Shown: in pieces, positions 12,601 to 25,514 of the stretch | How the letters are laid out: each line of letters begins with the position of its first letter | Numbering within the stretch: the first letter of the stretch is position 1 | Assembly (NCBI RefSeq): GCF_038025025.1 | Contig: NW_027117352.1 | Location: 682,001 to 738,932 of the forward strand | From: Phyllosticta citribraziliensis | Taxonomy: Eukaryota | Reading direction: 5' to 3' | Length of the DNA stretch: 56,932 bases | Notes under the pieces: generated by a model | The model's input: the letters and a program-made list of their open reading frames with translations, nothing else | Database searches by the model: none | Told to the model about the DNA's origin: nothing | Position numbers and translations under genes: made by a program

Positions 12601-13915
12601 GACCAACTTGGGCGTTTTGTATTTGTTGCAGAACGACTACGAGCTCGCCCACATGGCCTTCTCCAGGGCGCAGTCGACTGACCCTGACTACGCGCAAGCG
12701 TGGCTGGGAGAGGGATTGATCGCTGTGCTCTTGGGAGACGGCAAAGAGGCTCTATCACACTTTACGCATGCCTTTGAAATCAGCGACTCATCGTCGCTCG
12801 TGGTCAAGAGGCAGTACGCCGCATCCACCTTCGACCACCTCCTCTCGTCACCCTCGGCTTCCAACAACATCACACACCTCATCCAGCCGCTCTTCGCCCT
12901 GCAGCAAGTCCGCTCGCAGAACCCATCCGACATCCCCCACGCGCACCTCGCAGCCCTCTACCTCGAGCGCGTCGGCTCCCACGCCGCCGCAACATCAGCC
13001 CTCGAATCCATCTGCGCAACCGCCGAGTCCGACTTTGAGGTCTCCGAGTCTCCCGCCACGCTCTCCCGCTTCGCCCAGGCCAAAGCAGACCTCGCACGCA
13101 ACCGCCTCGCATCCGGCGACTTCGGCGCCGCCGTCGACGACGCGCAGCTCGCCCTGGACCTGCTGGCCGACGACGACACGGGGCTGCCCGCCGACGCGCG
13201 GCGCAAAGTGCTGCTGGGCGCGCGCCTCACCGTCGGCCTGGCGTCCTACTACCAGCACGACATGGACGGCGCCATCGCCGCCTTCCGCGCCGCGCTCGAG
13301 GAGTCGCAGTCGGCGCCCGACGTCGTGTGCGCGCTGGCCGAGGTGCTGTGGGCCAAGGGCGGCGCCGAGGAGCGCGACGTCGCGCGCGCGCAGCTGTTCG
13401 ACGCCGTCGCCGCGCACCCGCAGCACGTCGGCGCCGTGCTGCTGCTGGGTGCCATGGCGGCTGTCGAGGATGAGAGGGATGAGGATACGTTGGACGCGCT
13501 GAGGGACGATTTGATGGCGATTCGTGCGCGCGCTGATGTCGATGACCAAACGCGCGCGAAGGTCGAGACGCTGCTGTTTGCTTTTGCTGCGCTGTCGCCA
13601 TCTTCTTCTACTTCTCCCTCCGCATCTTCCGCTTCGGCCTCCCTGACGGCCGCCCAGCAGTCCGTCTTCCTGCAGCCCGCCGCGCCGCTGGGCTGGCGTT
13701 TGCTATCCGAAGTCGCAGAGTCCGACGAGGACGCCGTGCACGCAGCGCAAATGGCGCTCTTGACGGCTCGACGCGGCGGCGCGGGCGGCGCGGTCGAACT
13801 GGCAGAGGCGTATGCGGCGGGGGGACTGAGCGTGGCGGATGCGCAGAGAGCCGTTTGGTTGGCGCCGTGGCGGGCGAGTGGGTGGGGTGCGCTTGGGGAG
13901 GTGAAGTGCAGTTGA
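9608..13915 (+). CDS. SKI3: Superkiller protein 3 (Ski complex TPR scaffold, TTC37 homolog); intron 9931 to 9975/9978
   Basis: N-terminus KAALKAAKAAL...VLDADPQNYFA. About 1400 aa of TPR repeats with Ski3-like motifs (RARQCLQKAFELS, VAQHSFVRSLHLNER, AFSRAQSTDPDYAQAWLGEG, AQRAVWLAPW). Confidence 0.9.
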
Positions 13916-14721
13916 GGTGTGGTTCAGGTAAAAGATAAAATGCAGGGGGAGGGGAGGCAGGAGGGGAGTTGGATGCGTGGGTACCTGGGTTGACGTGGTA
14001 GGATGAAATACGAATTGATGGAGAATTAAAGATATCTATTTACCGCACTGAACACGTTCCTGAGAAAGAGAAAAATAGGAATGGGGGGAGGGGGAAAAGG
14101 GGAAAGGTAGTGAAGAACAAAGCGAACAGATTAATTGCTGGCGAATAGTCACAGCTACTCTCCACTACATGAAAAACACTTCAAAGATAAAAAGCAAACG
14201 TCATGGATAGGCGTGCGTTCTTTCACACCATATATCAAATCGCATACATCACGCCTCACACATGACACAGGAAAATCGAACACAGAAATAAACACTTCAT
14301 TGATTACCACTAATTGCTTAAGGACACAACTACAGCCCGTGCCACTATAGTTGTGTGTTGTTTACTTGCTGGCTGACCAGCAGCGTGCATTAACCATTGA
14401 CCTAGCTACGTAGCTAGCCATAAGGGATAGCCACGGGGCGGAGTGGTCGTGTGGGGTAGGAGGGGAGAGGAGGGGGAGGGACAAAGGGAGGGAGTCTGCT
14501 ATGAGGGTATATAGCGGAGCTTTGGTGGCTGAAAGTCCTTTTGAGTGGATTGAGAGAGTTGATGCTGAGCTTTTGCAGACTGGTTGCGAAAGAATTGACT
14601 AACTTACCTACTTACTTGCCTGCAGCGCTCTGCTAGCGATACTACTCACCTCACACATCTTTGCTGAGCATCTCGTCAACTTACGCAGTCGACCTACTAT
14701 TGCACATCCAGGCAACCCAAC

Positions 14722-15543
14722 ATGGCCGACCACATCCCCAACATCCTCGTCGCCAACCTCGACACGCGCGCGGCTCTGCAGCGCGGCACAGTCACCACAA
14801 TCCACCTGCCGCTCTCCAACGCGCTCTCGCAGCCACACACCGTGCCCCGCCTGCCGCGCCGCATGCTTTTCACGCTGTCGCGCACCTGTGCGCTGCAGCT
14901 CGCCAAGGGCCGCGGCGAAGCCGCCGTCACGCTGCCCGTCGACGCCGCCGCACCCGAGGCGCTGGACTGCGTCGTCGACTGGATGCTGAGCACGTGTCTG
15001 CTACCCGATGCGACGCCGGTGCGGGCGACGGGGAGCTTCGGGAGCAGGGTGGCCGTGTATCAAGCGGCGCTGGCGCTGGGTATCCGGCGAGAGGCAGTGA
15101 CGGAGTTGGAGATGGGGTTGCTGGAGTTTGCGGAGGATGGCCCGGCGCTGGGGATGCTCGAGGTCAAGATGGCCGTGGAGAGGTTGCCCGGGAATGGAAA
15201 CGTTGCGAGGGCGTTGGTGAAGCGCATCGCCGGCCAGAGGCGCGATGGAGAGATGCGACATGGGGAGCTGGGTGAGCCGCCAGAACGTGGTGAGGCATTG
15301 GACGCACAGAGGTCAATGACTGGAGGAGTCAGTGCGTCTGTGAAAGAGCTGGAGCGTTCCACTGCAGGGACCTTTCGAGCTCCGTCTCCCTCTCCGACCC
15401 CGTGGCCATTTGCAAGCGGATGGGACAGCGGATTGGTGGAGCAGTTCCGGGGCAGGTTGGATCAACACAGGCGCCTGGCGCGACTGATATGGAGTGGGCC
15501 GGGCACGAAACAACAGCGAGTCGAGGTCGGTGCAGTGTCCTAG
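14722..15543 (+). CDS. Hypothetical protein, possibly with a degenerate BTB/POZ-like fold
   Basis: 273-aa ORF with a good start context (caacATGG) and coding-like GC3 bias. LFTLSRTC...VTLP...ALDCVVDWM...VYQAALALGI resembles fungal BTB-like patterns (inference). Confidence 0.55.
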   Translation: MADHIPNILVANLDTRAALQRGTVTTIHLPLSNALSQPHTVPRLPRRMLFTLSRTCALQLAKGRGEAAVTLPVDAAAPEALDCVVDWMLSTCLLPDATPVRATGSFGSRVAVYQAALALGIRREAVTELEMGLLEFAEDGPALGMLEVKMAVERLPGNGNVARALVKRIAGQRRDGEMRHGELGEPPERGEALDAQRSMTGGVSASVKELERSTAGTFRAPSPSPTPWPFASGWDSGLVEQFRGRLDQHRRLARLIWSGPGTKQQRVEVGAVS

Positions 15544-16637
15544 AGTGTCAGCAGCATTGTTTTCTTTCTTCCCCTGGGTGCTCGGGCGGCGAGAATATGC
15601 AGGTAGCCGCAGGTCGGCCGTTTCTCGTGGCATGGCATGATCCAGAATGGAATCCATTTAAAGATTTTGGGGTGTTCGGGGTCCAGAAGGGCGGTACCAG
15701 CAGGCCGGAGACGTGTATACGGGGGGCTCGCGCCGTGATCGCTGTTTATTCGTGCCTCGGCACCGGAGTCGCCGCGGGAGTGGCCCCAGTTGTGCACATT
15801 TGCAAGGCCAGGTAAGCAGGGTACGGCCGAGACGGGGCAGTCGACCCACTGGGGGCGAGGAGCATGCGTGTTTGCTGTTGAAAAAAGAGGTTGAGTAGTT
15901 GAAATGCGGCCGAGAAAAGGGCAGAGTCGTCGACGAGGTCCAGAGGGTTGTAGGTGCAAAAAAAGGTGGTCTTGTCTGGCGGGGAGACCCTCGGTAACCG
16001 AGGCAAGGAGCCGGGGGCGGCAGATGGGACGTGGACGTGGCGTCAGGCGTGGTGGTCAGGCAGAGGCACAGGTGACGCTGGCAATTGAGTGCTGACGGGC
16101 TGAGGCGATGGCTGGTGGGATGACCAAGAGGACATCGTGGAGATGGAAGGATAAACGAAGGATGGGAGAGGAAGAAAAGAAGTTGTGCAGACGCGGAGAC
16201 AGGCGGACTTTAGACGGGCGGCGACGGGCGACGGTGCCGATGATCCGAGCGGACGGCGTCAGGCCCGAAGCGGCCATATGTTACCTGATGCACCCTCGCT
16301 GGCGTATTCTTCTCTGCATAACCTCTTCGGCTCTGGCAGCCATCCGACGGACTCTCAAAAGCCACCCGCTCGCGCTATGACGCATCAGACTCTTATGCCC
16401 GTCCGTCGTCCGTCTTTAAAGATCCCCCGACCATTTCCTCTCGTTGCCGTCAGTCTCCTCTTCCACCATTCTCGCCTCCTCACACCCTCGCCGTTTGTCC
16501 TCCCCTCGCTGGCTCGCTCTCCAGCATTCCCCAGACCAGGACCGCCCCCCCCGTCGATCACCCTTTCTTTTTCGCCTGCTGCCGTCGTCCTCCCCACTTT
16601 ATCCCATCCACCCACGTCTCGGCGCCACGCCCTGACC

Positions 16638-18825
16638 ATGGGGAACGAATCCAAGGACCTCGAGTCGGGACGGCCCGCGCAAATCCCCTGGTTCAAGCAA
16701 GTCTTTGATCAGGGCGTCGTGACGGACGACATTGTCAACGCCGAATACGCCGGCTCCGGCACCGACGAGGACCCCTACATCGTCACCTGGATAGAAAATG
16801 ACCCCAGGAATCCAATGCAATGGTCGCAGCCCATCAAGTGGTTTGTGTGTATATCCGTCGCCATTTCCACTCTTGCCGTTGCCTTTGTCTCATCCGCATA
16901 CTCTGGCGGTGTCCAAGAAATGATGCTGGATCTCGGCGTCGGCAAGGAGGTTGCCATTCTGGGCGTCTCGCTGTTCGTTCTCGGTTTCGCCGTTGGTCCT
17001 CTGGTGTGGGCTCCTTACAGTGGTGAGTAGACCAGAGGTTCCCTGCTCTTGACGCCGCTAATTGTCTCAGAATTGTTTGGCCGACAGATCCCCTTTTTCG
17101 GAACATATGCCATGCTCACCGTGTTCAACGCTGGCGCTGCCGGGTCCCAAAACATTCAGACCTTGATCATTCTCCGCTTCTTCGCCGGCGCGTTTGGTTC
17201 TTCTCCCCTGACCAATGCCGGCGGTGTCGTTGCCGATGTCTTCCCGGCATCTGAGCGCGGTCTCGCCATGTCCGTCTTCGCTGTCATGCCCTTCCTGGGT
17301 CCCGTCATCGGTCCAATTGTTGGTGGCTTCGTCGGCCAGAGTGTTGGCTGGCGCTGGATCGAGGGCGTCATGGCCATCTTTACCGCTGTTGTCTGGATTG
17401 CCTGCGGTCTCGTTGTTCCCGAGACGTACGCCCCAGTCCTGCTCCGCAAGAGGGCTCAACGTTTGTCCAAGATGACTGGCAAGGTCTACCGAAGCAAGGC
17501 AGACCAAGATCAGGGCAAGGTGACCTTGACCGAAGCTTTCAAGACTGCCTTGTCCCGGCCCTGGATTCTTCTGTTCAGAGAGCCCATTGTTTTGCTGCTG
17601 TCCATCTACATGGCCATTATGTACGTGTTGAAAAGTCCCCTTCGAGAGGCCGTTCTAACCTTTCGTCCAGCTATGGAACCTTGTACATGCTTTTCGCAGC
17701 CTTCCCCATTGTCTATCAGCAAACCAGGGGATGGTCTCAAGGAATCGGTGGCCTCTCTTTCCTCGGTGTAGCCGTCGGCATGTTCATCAGCGTCGCATTC
17801 TCCATCTGGGACAACAAGCGCTACATCAAAGCTGCCAAAAAGGACCCCTCTGGCTTTGCGCCGCCCGAGGCTCGTCTGCCGCCTTGCATCATTGGCGCCT
17901 TTGCTATCCCCATCGGTCTTTTCTGGTTTGCATGGAGCAATGGTCCTAATGTTCACTGGATGGCCAGCATTGCGGCCGGCGCTCCTTTTGGATTTGGCAT
18001 GGTTTTGGTGTTCCTGTGTAAGTGTCATCCGACTGACGTTTTGATTAGGTTTGGGATCATTTGGCTAGCATAACCTTATGCAACGGCCGGATGACCTCAG
18101 CCAAGACACTCAAAGACCCCCGACTAACCTGCATCACAGCCATCATGAATTACCTCATCGACGCATACACCATCTTCGCCGCCTCGGTACTTGCCGCCAA
18201 CTCCGTCCTGCGTTCGCTCTTTGGTGCTGCATTCCCGCTCTTCACTTCCTACATGTATGCCGACCTCGGCATCCACTGGGCGTCCAGCATCCCGGCCTTC
18301 CTCGCCCTCGCCTGCGTTCCGTTCCCGTTCCTCTTCTACAAGTACGGCAGCGAGATCCGCGCGCGCTGCAAGTTTGCCGCCGAGTCGGCCGCCTTCCTGG
18401 CCAAGCTGCGCGCGACCGCCAACCAGGAAGACGACTCAGCCACAGAACAAGACACAGCAGCCGTGACCGGCGACGACAGGAGCAAGCACTCCCGAGACGA
18501 AGACTACACCAAGGAGCGGGAAGCCGAGGCCGAAGCCGAGGCCATCGACTACTCGTATGACGACGAATCCCACCAGCCAGATGCCGGCCGCTTCGCCACC
18601 ATCATGTCGGAGAAGGAGAAGCAGCAGGAGATTGAGCGCAAGCGCAGCTACAACGAGCTTCGCAAGAAGCGCAGCGCCGAGTCGACTCGCTCGGGACGTT
18701 CGACGCGCACGGCGACGTACGACAACAGCCCGTACGACATTGACCGCGTGAATACCCACGAGAGCTTTGCAAAGCCCACCCGGTCGAGAACCAATTCTGT
18801 TGGTGCTAAGGCGGCGAGGAAGTAA
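16638..18825 (+). CDS. MFS drug:H+ antiporter (DHA1 family); introns 17023-17070, 17621-17670, 18018-18139
   Basis: [70 protein letters not shown] and [18 protein letters not shown]; many hydrophobic helices. Confidence 0.93.
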
Positions 18826-19048
18826 TGTTGTTCCACATTCGGGTTTTGCGTAGCGTGTATGTCTTTTAATGTGGTTATTTCGTGAGACGTTTTAGCATCC
18901 ATTTCTTATTTTGCCAGCGGCGTGGCTCCTGACGACGTTACGGAAAGTGGCTGCAGCCGTGCATGACGTTACTGAAAGACAGCAATTGGCGTTGTATACC
19001 CGCGGGGGGCATAAGCGTGGCGCTTCCAGTGTCTTTTCCTTTCGTCTC

Positions 19049-19075
19049 TTTTTTTTTTTTTTTTTTTTTTTTTTT
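19049..19075 (+). repeat. Poly(T)27 tract downstream of the MFS gene
   Basis: Uninterrupted T run read directly. Confidence 0.9.
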
Positions 19076-20522
19076 CGCAAGGTCGCATCATCCGGGTAGG
19101 GTCCCTCGCGAACGCTGTCGATTTACTCGATGGCGAGCGCATAGATAGATTTTCTGAGCATCATCGGGCTGGTTTGCTAGACTGGGTTGCGTTGTTAGAA
19201 GGAACGGGGTAGACAGCGGAGCAGCATCACCATCAGCTTAGAAGCACGATCTCAATACTTACAAATCTTCCATCTATCTCCAGTTCGGTCGACGTCGTTT
19301 CATGCTAGACCAATGACAAGGAAAGACAAGACGAGACACCCTTCCTTGCCTATCCATGCTTCCGTCATCAAGCACAACATGGCTTTCCGGAAGCCATTCA
19401 ACCCGGCGTGCTCTTCACAACTGGACGGACGGACCGCAACACAGAACAGTACAGTGGGATGGGAAGTTCGTACGAGGCAAGGTCAGGTAAAGTGGCGGCG
19501 AGGCGGAGCGGGGTGTCGTCGATTCAAGCTCTGCAAAGTCTAAAGTTTAGTTTCGCCCGCTGGGTGCCGAGGCAGAGGGACCGCCGCCGCCGCCGGTCCC
19601 GTCTACTAATGCCATGCACGTCAACGCTGTGGACGAAGACCCGGATGCAGACGGACTACATGTACAGTAGGGTGACAGGTTCCTGGGAAGTGTGCCTGGC
19701 GCTATGCACAGTGCCGCGGTATAGCGGGGGAACGGGGTCTGGTTATGGTGTGGTGTGGGATGGATACGCGGATACGCGGGCTTTGTTGCTTTGTGTTGGC
19801 TCGGATGGGAAGCGAAGGGAGAGGGCTTGTTGTTCGACGGGGTGGATGAAGTGGCATAGGGGGTCTAGAAGGGTGGAGTTGTCATTGGATGCGTGCCGGG
19901 AATTGTTTCTGGGGTTTGTGTAGTGTGATGGTGCTGCCCGTTTATAGCTGTTGTTTTAGGAGAAAGAAAACTTCTGTAGCCTGGCAATCACATCATTGGC
20001 TTTCCTAGTTGCCCCTCTATAACAATAGGACCAGTTCTGTTCAAGACCGGCATCTCTCCAGGCGCTAGGCACATCTATCAATTCTCAAGTACTGGTACTG
20101 CAGGATACTCCCACGTACTATTCTCCTTATTGATTCTGATACCGCAACTCTTTTTCTCACTGCTCCAGATAACACTGGCTGATAGCAAAAGAGAATAAGC
20201 ATCATCTTAGCGCGGGGACCAACGACAACGGCGTACCAATAGACAGCCGTCTGACCTCATCGATGCCGTGCGTGGCGGGGGAGCTGAGCTTACTTGCGCC
20301 CTGCTTTCTTCCCGCATGTATCTCATCCCACTTCTCGACGACACCACACGCTTTCGACAGCGCACGATAGCTGCGTCCCCAGCCATTGAACCCACAGAAC
20401 TGGTACAGCAGAAGGTCGCGTAGAAAGAGACGGAGAACTCACTTCTTTGCTTGACTCTGGCGGTACCCCGCAAGCGCGCGCAAAGCTATCGCCCTTCGCT
20501 CATCCACCGACGACCATCCACT

Positions 20523-21773
20523 ATGGCGACCTTAGCCAACGCAATGGACGCGCTCGCCGCTAAACCGGCGCAGAAGCCCACAATCTCTCAGGCCTCTGCT
20601 CCTCTCCCTCCTCCCCCTCGTTCTCCACAGCAGCTAGGCCCAACCACAGCCGCCGACTCCCCCGTGCCGATTGTCGACTTTGGCGGATTCTATCGAGAGA
20701 ATGACGAGGAGGCGCGGAGGCAGGTCGCGCACGAGATAGACGCCGCGCTGCGCACGGTGGGCTTCGTGTATTTGCGGAACCATGGCGTCCCGGGGGAGAG
20801 CGTGGATGAGGCGTTTGCGTGGGTACGCACCTGACGTTCATTTGTTCTTCTGATTTGCTCCTCAAGCAGAAAGATTTGCGGATCTTCCACCCCAATCAGC
20901 GTGGATGGACAGACAGACGCTGACGCCTCGCAGTCCAAAAAGTTCTTCGCGCTGCCGCTCGACACGAAGAACCTCGCCCCCCATCCCCCCGGCGGCACGC
21001 ACCACAGGGGCTACTCATCGCCGGGCCTGGAAAAAGTGTCGCAGCACACATACGCCGCGTCCGAAATCGCAGACCTGCGCGCCGCCGCGCCTGACGTCAA
21101 GGAGTCGTTCGAGTGCGGCAACGAGACCGACGCCGCGCAGCCCAACATCTGGCCGCCCGACGCCGCCCTCCCCTGCTTCCGCACCGCCATGACGTCCTTC
21201 TTTGACCAGTGCTCGACCCTCGTGCACACCGTGCTGCGCGCCCTGGCGCTGGCCCTGTCCCTCGACGACGAGAGCGCGCTGAGCGAAGCCCACGCCGCCA
21301 GCGCGTTCCAGCTGCGCCTGCTGCACTACCCGCCCGTGGCGGCGCGCGCGCTGCGCCAGCAGGCCGCCGCCCGCATAGGCGCGCACTCGGATTTCGGTAG
21401 CCTGACGCTGCTGTTCCAGGACGCCGTCGGCGGGCTCGAGGTCGAGTCGCCGCCGGGCCGCTTTCGCCCTGCCCCGCCCGTCGACGGCGCCGTGCTGGTC
21501 AACGTGGGCGATTTGCTCGAGCGCTGGAGTAACGGCCGCTGGCGCAGTACCGTGCACCGCGTGGGACTGCCGACGCAGTTGCGCGAGGCGCGTGAGGGTG
21601 AGGACGAGGACGACATGGTGGCCCCGAGGTACTCGTTGCCGTTCTTTTCGGCGCCGGATCCGGATACTGTGATTGAGGCTTTGCCAGGGTGTTGGGATGA
21701 GGCCAATCCGAAAAAGTATCCTCCAGTGACGGCGGCCGAGTATGTGAATATGAGGATGAATGCCATCTACTAG
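20523..21773 (+). CDS. 2-oxoglutarate/Fe(II)-dependent dioxygenase (DIOX_N + 2OG-FeII_Oxy); intron 20823-20933
   Basis: PIVDF...VGFVYLRNHGV, LRLLHYP, HxD motif AHSDFGSLTLLFQD, NVGDLLERWSNG, distal His STVHRV and RxS motif RYS. Confidence 0.92.
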
Positions 21774-22089
21774 GGTTGGACTGAAGGAAGCAAGTCGGCC
21801 TCTGGAGGCGTGTTTGAGTAGGAATGTTTGAAAGCTGCGCTGTGTAGTGAGTTTGTCAGATTTCAGAACGAATGGCTCATACCGGGACTTGCAGCAGTGA
21901 GTCGAGCTGGAGTCTGTTTACTAATTTTATTCGTCTCCCTAGATTATCCTTAAGTAGAGCCAGAATTTTGAAATGCTGCAACCAACAAAGATTGCTAGTG
22001 GGTATTGTGCCGCTTCATGCCCCCCTGCACTGTACAGATGATGCTCACCGCTGACACCCAAATCCCCCAAGCCCGTCTTGCCACAGACA

Positions 22090-23121
22090 TCAATCGACCT
22101 CGCCAAAGTCATGGTGCGATGTTGCAGTCGCGTGTTGCACGGCAGCCATTTCGCCATTGCCGGTCCAGCCACAAATATTGCACTTGACGCCGAGGTTGCC
22201 TGTGTCGGTGTAATAGCGTCTTTCTTGGAGAATGCTGCATAGTTTCACTGCTCTTTCCAAGACTTCATCATTCGACGAATCAAACTGAAATGTGGCTTTG
22301 ACTTCTGGGTCCGAGGGACTAGGTGTGAGGGCAATGGTGTCGTAATGAATGCCAGAGTAAACAACGATGATGCGTCTGGACATGCCTTGGTTGTATCTGT
22401 CTACCCGGAGATGCTGAACGTCGATGCTGCAAATTTCGACTTTGAAGTGATTGGCGAAGATACCCAGTTCGATGGACCCACCCCAGGCATCGTCGCGTTG
22501 AATCCAGCGGCTGTAGTCTTCTGGGCTCCTCTCGAGGGTTGCCTCGTTGTAAAGATCTGGCTGGTCTATAGCAAGGTTGTATATTGCCTCGGCTACCATG
22601 CTGCGTAGCTCACGCATTGCATCTAGTGAGTCGCCCAACACCGCAGTGCCCACTGCTCGGAACAAGCAGCTGTTGTCGTCGGGCATGACGCGCAGAACCA
22701 TTGACTTGCCCTCCGACGGGACTCTTAACACGGGCGGCTCCCTCTCAACATTATTCGCCTTTCGAGAGAGACCAAGAGGTTGGTGCAGCTCGGAGGCCTG
22801 GTTTGCGGTATGCGTTTGCGACCCGGGGAGAGGAGCAGCAACGGATGGCGTTGTGTTTTGAAGTGGGTGCAACAGTTGCTCGTTGATGCTGCGAGGGGCA
22901 ACGAGGAGCTGCTCACCGTCCAACTTGAGACCAGTGTCCTGGAGGAACATGGTAGGCTCGAATTCCTCCAGGTTGAGAGGTTGCGGCGGGTAGCCTATCT
23001 TCAAGTCGTAGGCTGGAACTCCTGAGCTTTCGGCAATGAGCGACCGGAGCTCGACAACCATGGCGTCTTCGGACAGTGAGACATTCTTGACTCCGGAAGG
23101 ACCACGAATACGCATGCGCAT
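22090..23121 (-). CDS. OTU1: OTU1/YOD1 ubiquitin thioesterase
   Basis: N-terminal UBX-like MRMRIRGPSG...IGYPP, catalytic MPDDNSCLFRA, WGGSIEL, YSGIHYD, and C-terminal C2H2 finger KCNICGW...HATATSH. Confidence 0.93.
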   Translation of the reverse strand: MRMRIRGPSGVKNVSLSEDAMVVELRSLIAESSGVPAYDLKIGYPPQPLNLEEFEPTMFLQDTGLKLDGEQLLVAPRSINEQLLHPLQNTTPSVAAPLPGSQTHTANQASELHQPLGLSRKANNVEREPPVLRVPSEGKSMVLRVMPDDNSCLFRAVGTAVLGDSLDAMRELRSMVAEAIYNLAIDQPDLYNEATLERSPEDYSRWIQRDDAWGGSIELGIFANHFKVEICSIDVQHLRVDRYNQGMSRRIIVVYSGIHYDTIALTPSPSDPEVKATFQFDSSNDEVLERAVKLCSILQERRYYTDTGNLGVKCNICGWTGNGEMAAVQHATATSHHDFGEVD

Positions 23122-23638
23122 GGTGTAAGATATGCGACTGCGAGATGGTGCTGAAAGGGAAAGCTGGCTGCCGGGTGAAGGCGTTGGTGGAGAGAGGACG
23201 GATTGGGTTTCGGGTTTCGGGTCGTAGAGGTCGGGTAGTGGACCTAAGGGGGGGTGGGAGACGTGTAACGCTGGATCGAGTGGCAGACGATAGTCGGTGA
23301 TGGCCGCTGGGAGGATAGTGGCGAAGGTAGAAGGTGATAGAAAGACTGAGTTGTGTGGTGTAGGTGCAATGGCTAAGGTACCTTACTGTAGTCGGCGGGG
23401 ACCTCACTCAAGGCGATGACGCAGTGCCGACTGGCGGAATGTCGGCGTCGGCGAATCGGGGGCGCCAAGGCCGACGCCCATCGCGTCCCCGGGCGCTGTT
23501 TTTGCGCGTCTGGTTGTTGGCCGCCAGCTGAAGCTCCAAGGCCCCTCCGCACTCCAACTGAACCACCTCACCCATCCGACTGCCCCTTTACCTGTCGATC
23601 CCCTCCGCAGTCCTTTGATCCATCGTCGCCGACTCATC

Positions 23639-25514
23639 ATGTCGGCCGCGCAACTCCTCAATCCAAAGGCCGAGTCGCGGGTGCGCTCCGAACCCCCCCG
23701 TCTGCAACATTACAAGCTAACCACCATGCTAGAGGCGCGGCGAGGCCTTGAAGGTCAACATCTCTGCCGGAGAAGGTCTGCAACAGGTACGAAGCTCTCA
23801 ATCCTGTGAAACCCCTCGAGACTAATTGAAACCAGGTTCTCGCCTCGAACCTGGGTCCCCGCGGCACCCTGAAGATGTGAGCAAATCGCCGCCCGACACC
23901 GACGGCAACAATTACTGATGCTGGACAGGCTGGTCGATGGCTCGGGCCAGATCAAGCTCACCAAGGATGGAAGCGTCTTGCTAAAGGAGATGCAAATTCA
24001 AAACCCCACCGCCGTCATGATCGCAAGAGCCGCCACCGCCCAGGACGACATCACAGGAGATGGCACAACTTCGGTAGTCTTGTTGGTTGGTGAGCTGCTG
24101 AAGCAGGCGGAGAGGTACATTTCGGAAGGTCTGCACCCCAGGGTGATAACGGACGGCTACGAGCAGGCCAAGACGGAGGCTCTCAAGTTCCTGGACCAGT
24201 TCAAGCTCGAAAAGGAGGTTGACCGCGAGCTGCTCCTGTCCGTCGCAAGGACTTCCCTCTCCACCAAGCTTAACAACACTCTCGCCGAACAGCTTACCCC
24301 GGACATTGTCGATGCCGTCCTCGCCATTTACAACGCTCCCGAAAAGCCTGACCTCCACATGGTCGAGATTATGACCATGCAGCACCGCACCGCCGCCGAC
24401 ACGCAACTCATCAAGGGCTTGGCGCTTGACCACGGCGCCAGGCATCCGGACATGCCCAAGTTTGTCGAGAATGCCCATATCCTCACCTTGAATGTCAGCT
24501 TGGAGTACGAAAAGTCGGAAATCAACTCGGGATTCTTCTATTCGAGCGCCGACCAACGCGACAAGCTGGTGGCCAGTGAGCGAAAATTCGTCGACGACAA
24601 GCTGAGGAAGATTGTGGAGCTGAAGAAGGAGGTCTGTGGCGACGACCCGAAGAAGGGCTTCGTCGTCATCAACCAAAAGGGCATCGACCCCATGAGCTTG
24701 GATGTCCTGGTCAAGAACGGCATCTTTGCGCTGCGCAGGGCGAAGAGAAGGAACATGGAGCGGTTGCAGCTGGTCTGTGGAGGTTCCGCTATGAACAGCG
24801 TCGAGGACCTCACGCCCGACGTTCTGGGCTGGGCCGGCAAGGTTTACGAGCACCAGCTTGGCGAGGAGAAGTACACGTTTGTCGTACGTCGAGACAGCAC
24901 GAAATGCGCGACTTGAGCTGACATGATTACAGGAGGACGTCAAGGAACCCAAGTCGGTAACTCTGCTCATCAAGGGACCCAATGCGCACACGATTGCGCA
25001 GGTCAAGGACGCCGTGCGCGATGGCCTGAGGAGCGTCTACAACATGATTGTCGACAAGAGCGTCGTGCCTGGTGGCGGCGCCTTCCAGGTTGCGTGCGCA
25101 GAACACTTGAAGAGCGATGCGTACAGGAAGCAGGTCAAGGGCAAGGCCCGGTATGGTGTGGAGGCATTCGCCGATGCTCTTCTGATCATTCCCAAGACGC
25201 TGGCGGCCAACTCGGGCCACGACATTCAAGATGCCTGTAAGTGACAGAGTCTCTGGTGGCACTGCACTGTTTACTGACTGCCAATCCAAGTGGCCGAACT
25301 GCAAGATGAGCACGCGCATGGCAACGTGGTTGGTCTCGACCTCAACTCTGGCGAGGCAATGGACCCCATCCAGGCTGGCGTGTACGACTCATTCCGCGTG
25401 ATCCGCAACGCGATTGCATCTAGCACGGGCATTGCGTCGAACCTGCTGCTCTGTGACGAAATGCTCAAGGCACGGCAAATGGGCCGCCAACCAGACCCGG
25501 CTGCGGAGCAGTAA
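23639..25514 (+). CDS. CCT6: T-complex protein 1 subunit zeta (chaperonin CCT6), 6 exons
   Basis: [65 protein letters not shown] and [13 protein letters not shown]; five short introns restore the frame. Confidence 0.96.

Noticed and set aside
18018..18139. Internal CTGAC...TAG|GTTTGG in MFS intron 3, suggesting recursive or nested splicing
   Set aside because: The upstream piece would be only 31 nt, shorter than any other intron here, and the second donor is weak.
16638..21773. MFS transporter plus 2OG oxygenase as a secondary-metabolite cluster
   Set aside because: There is no backbone enzyme or regulator nearby. The pair is flanked by housekeeping genes and lies about 24 kb from the NRPS-like gene.
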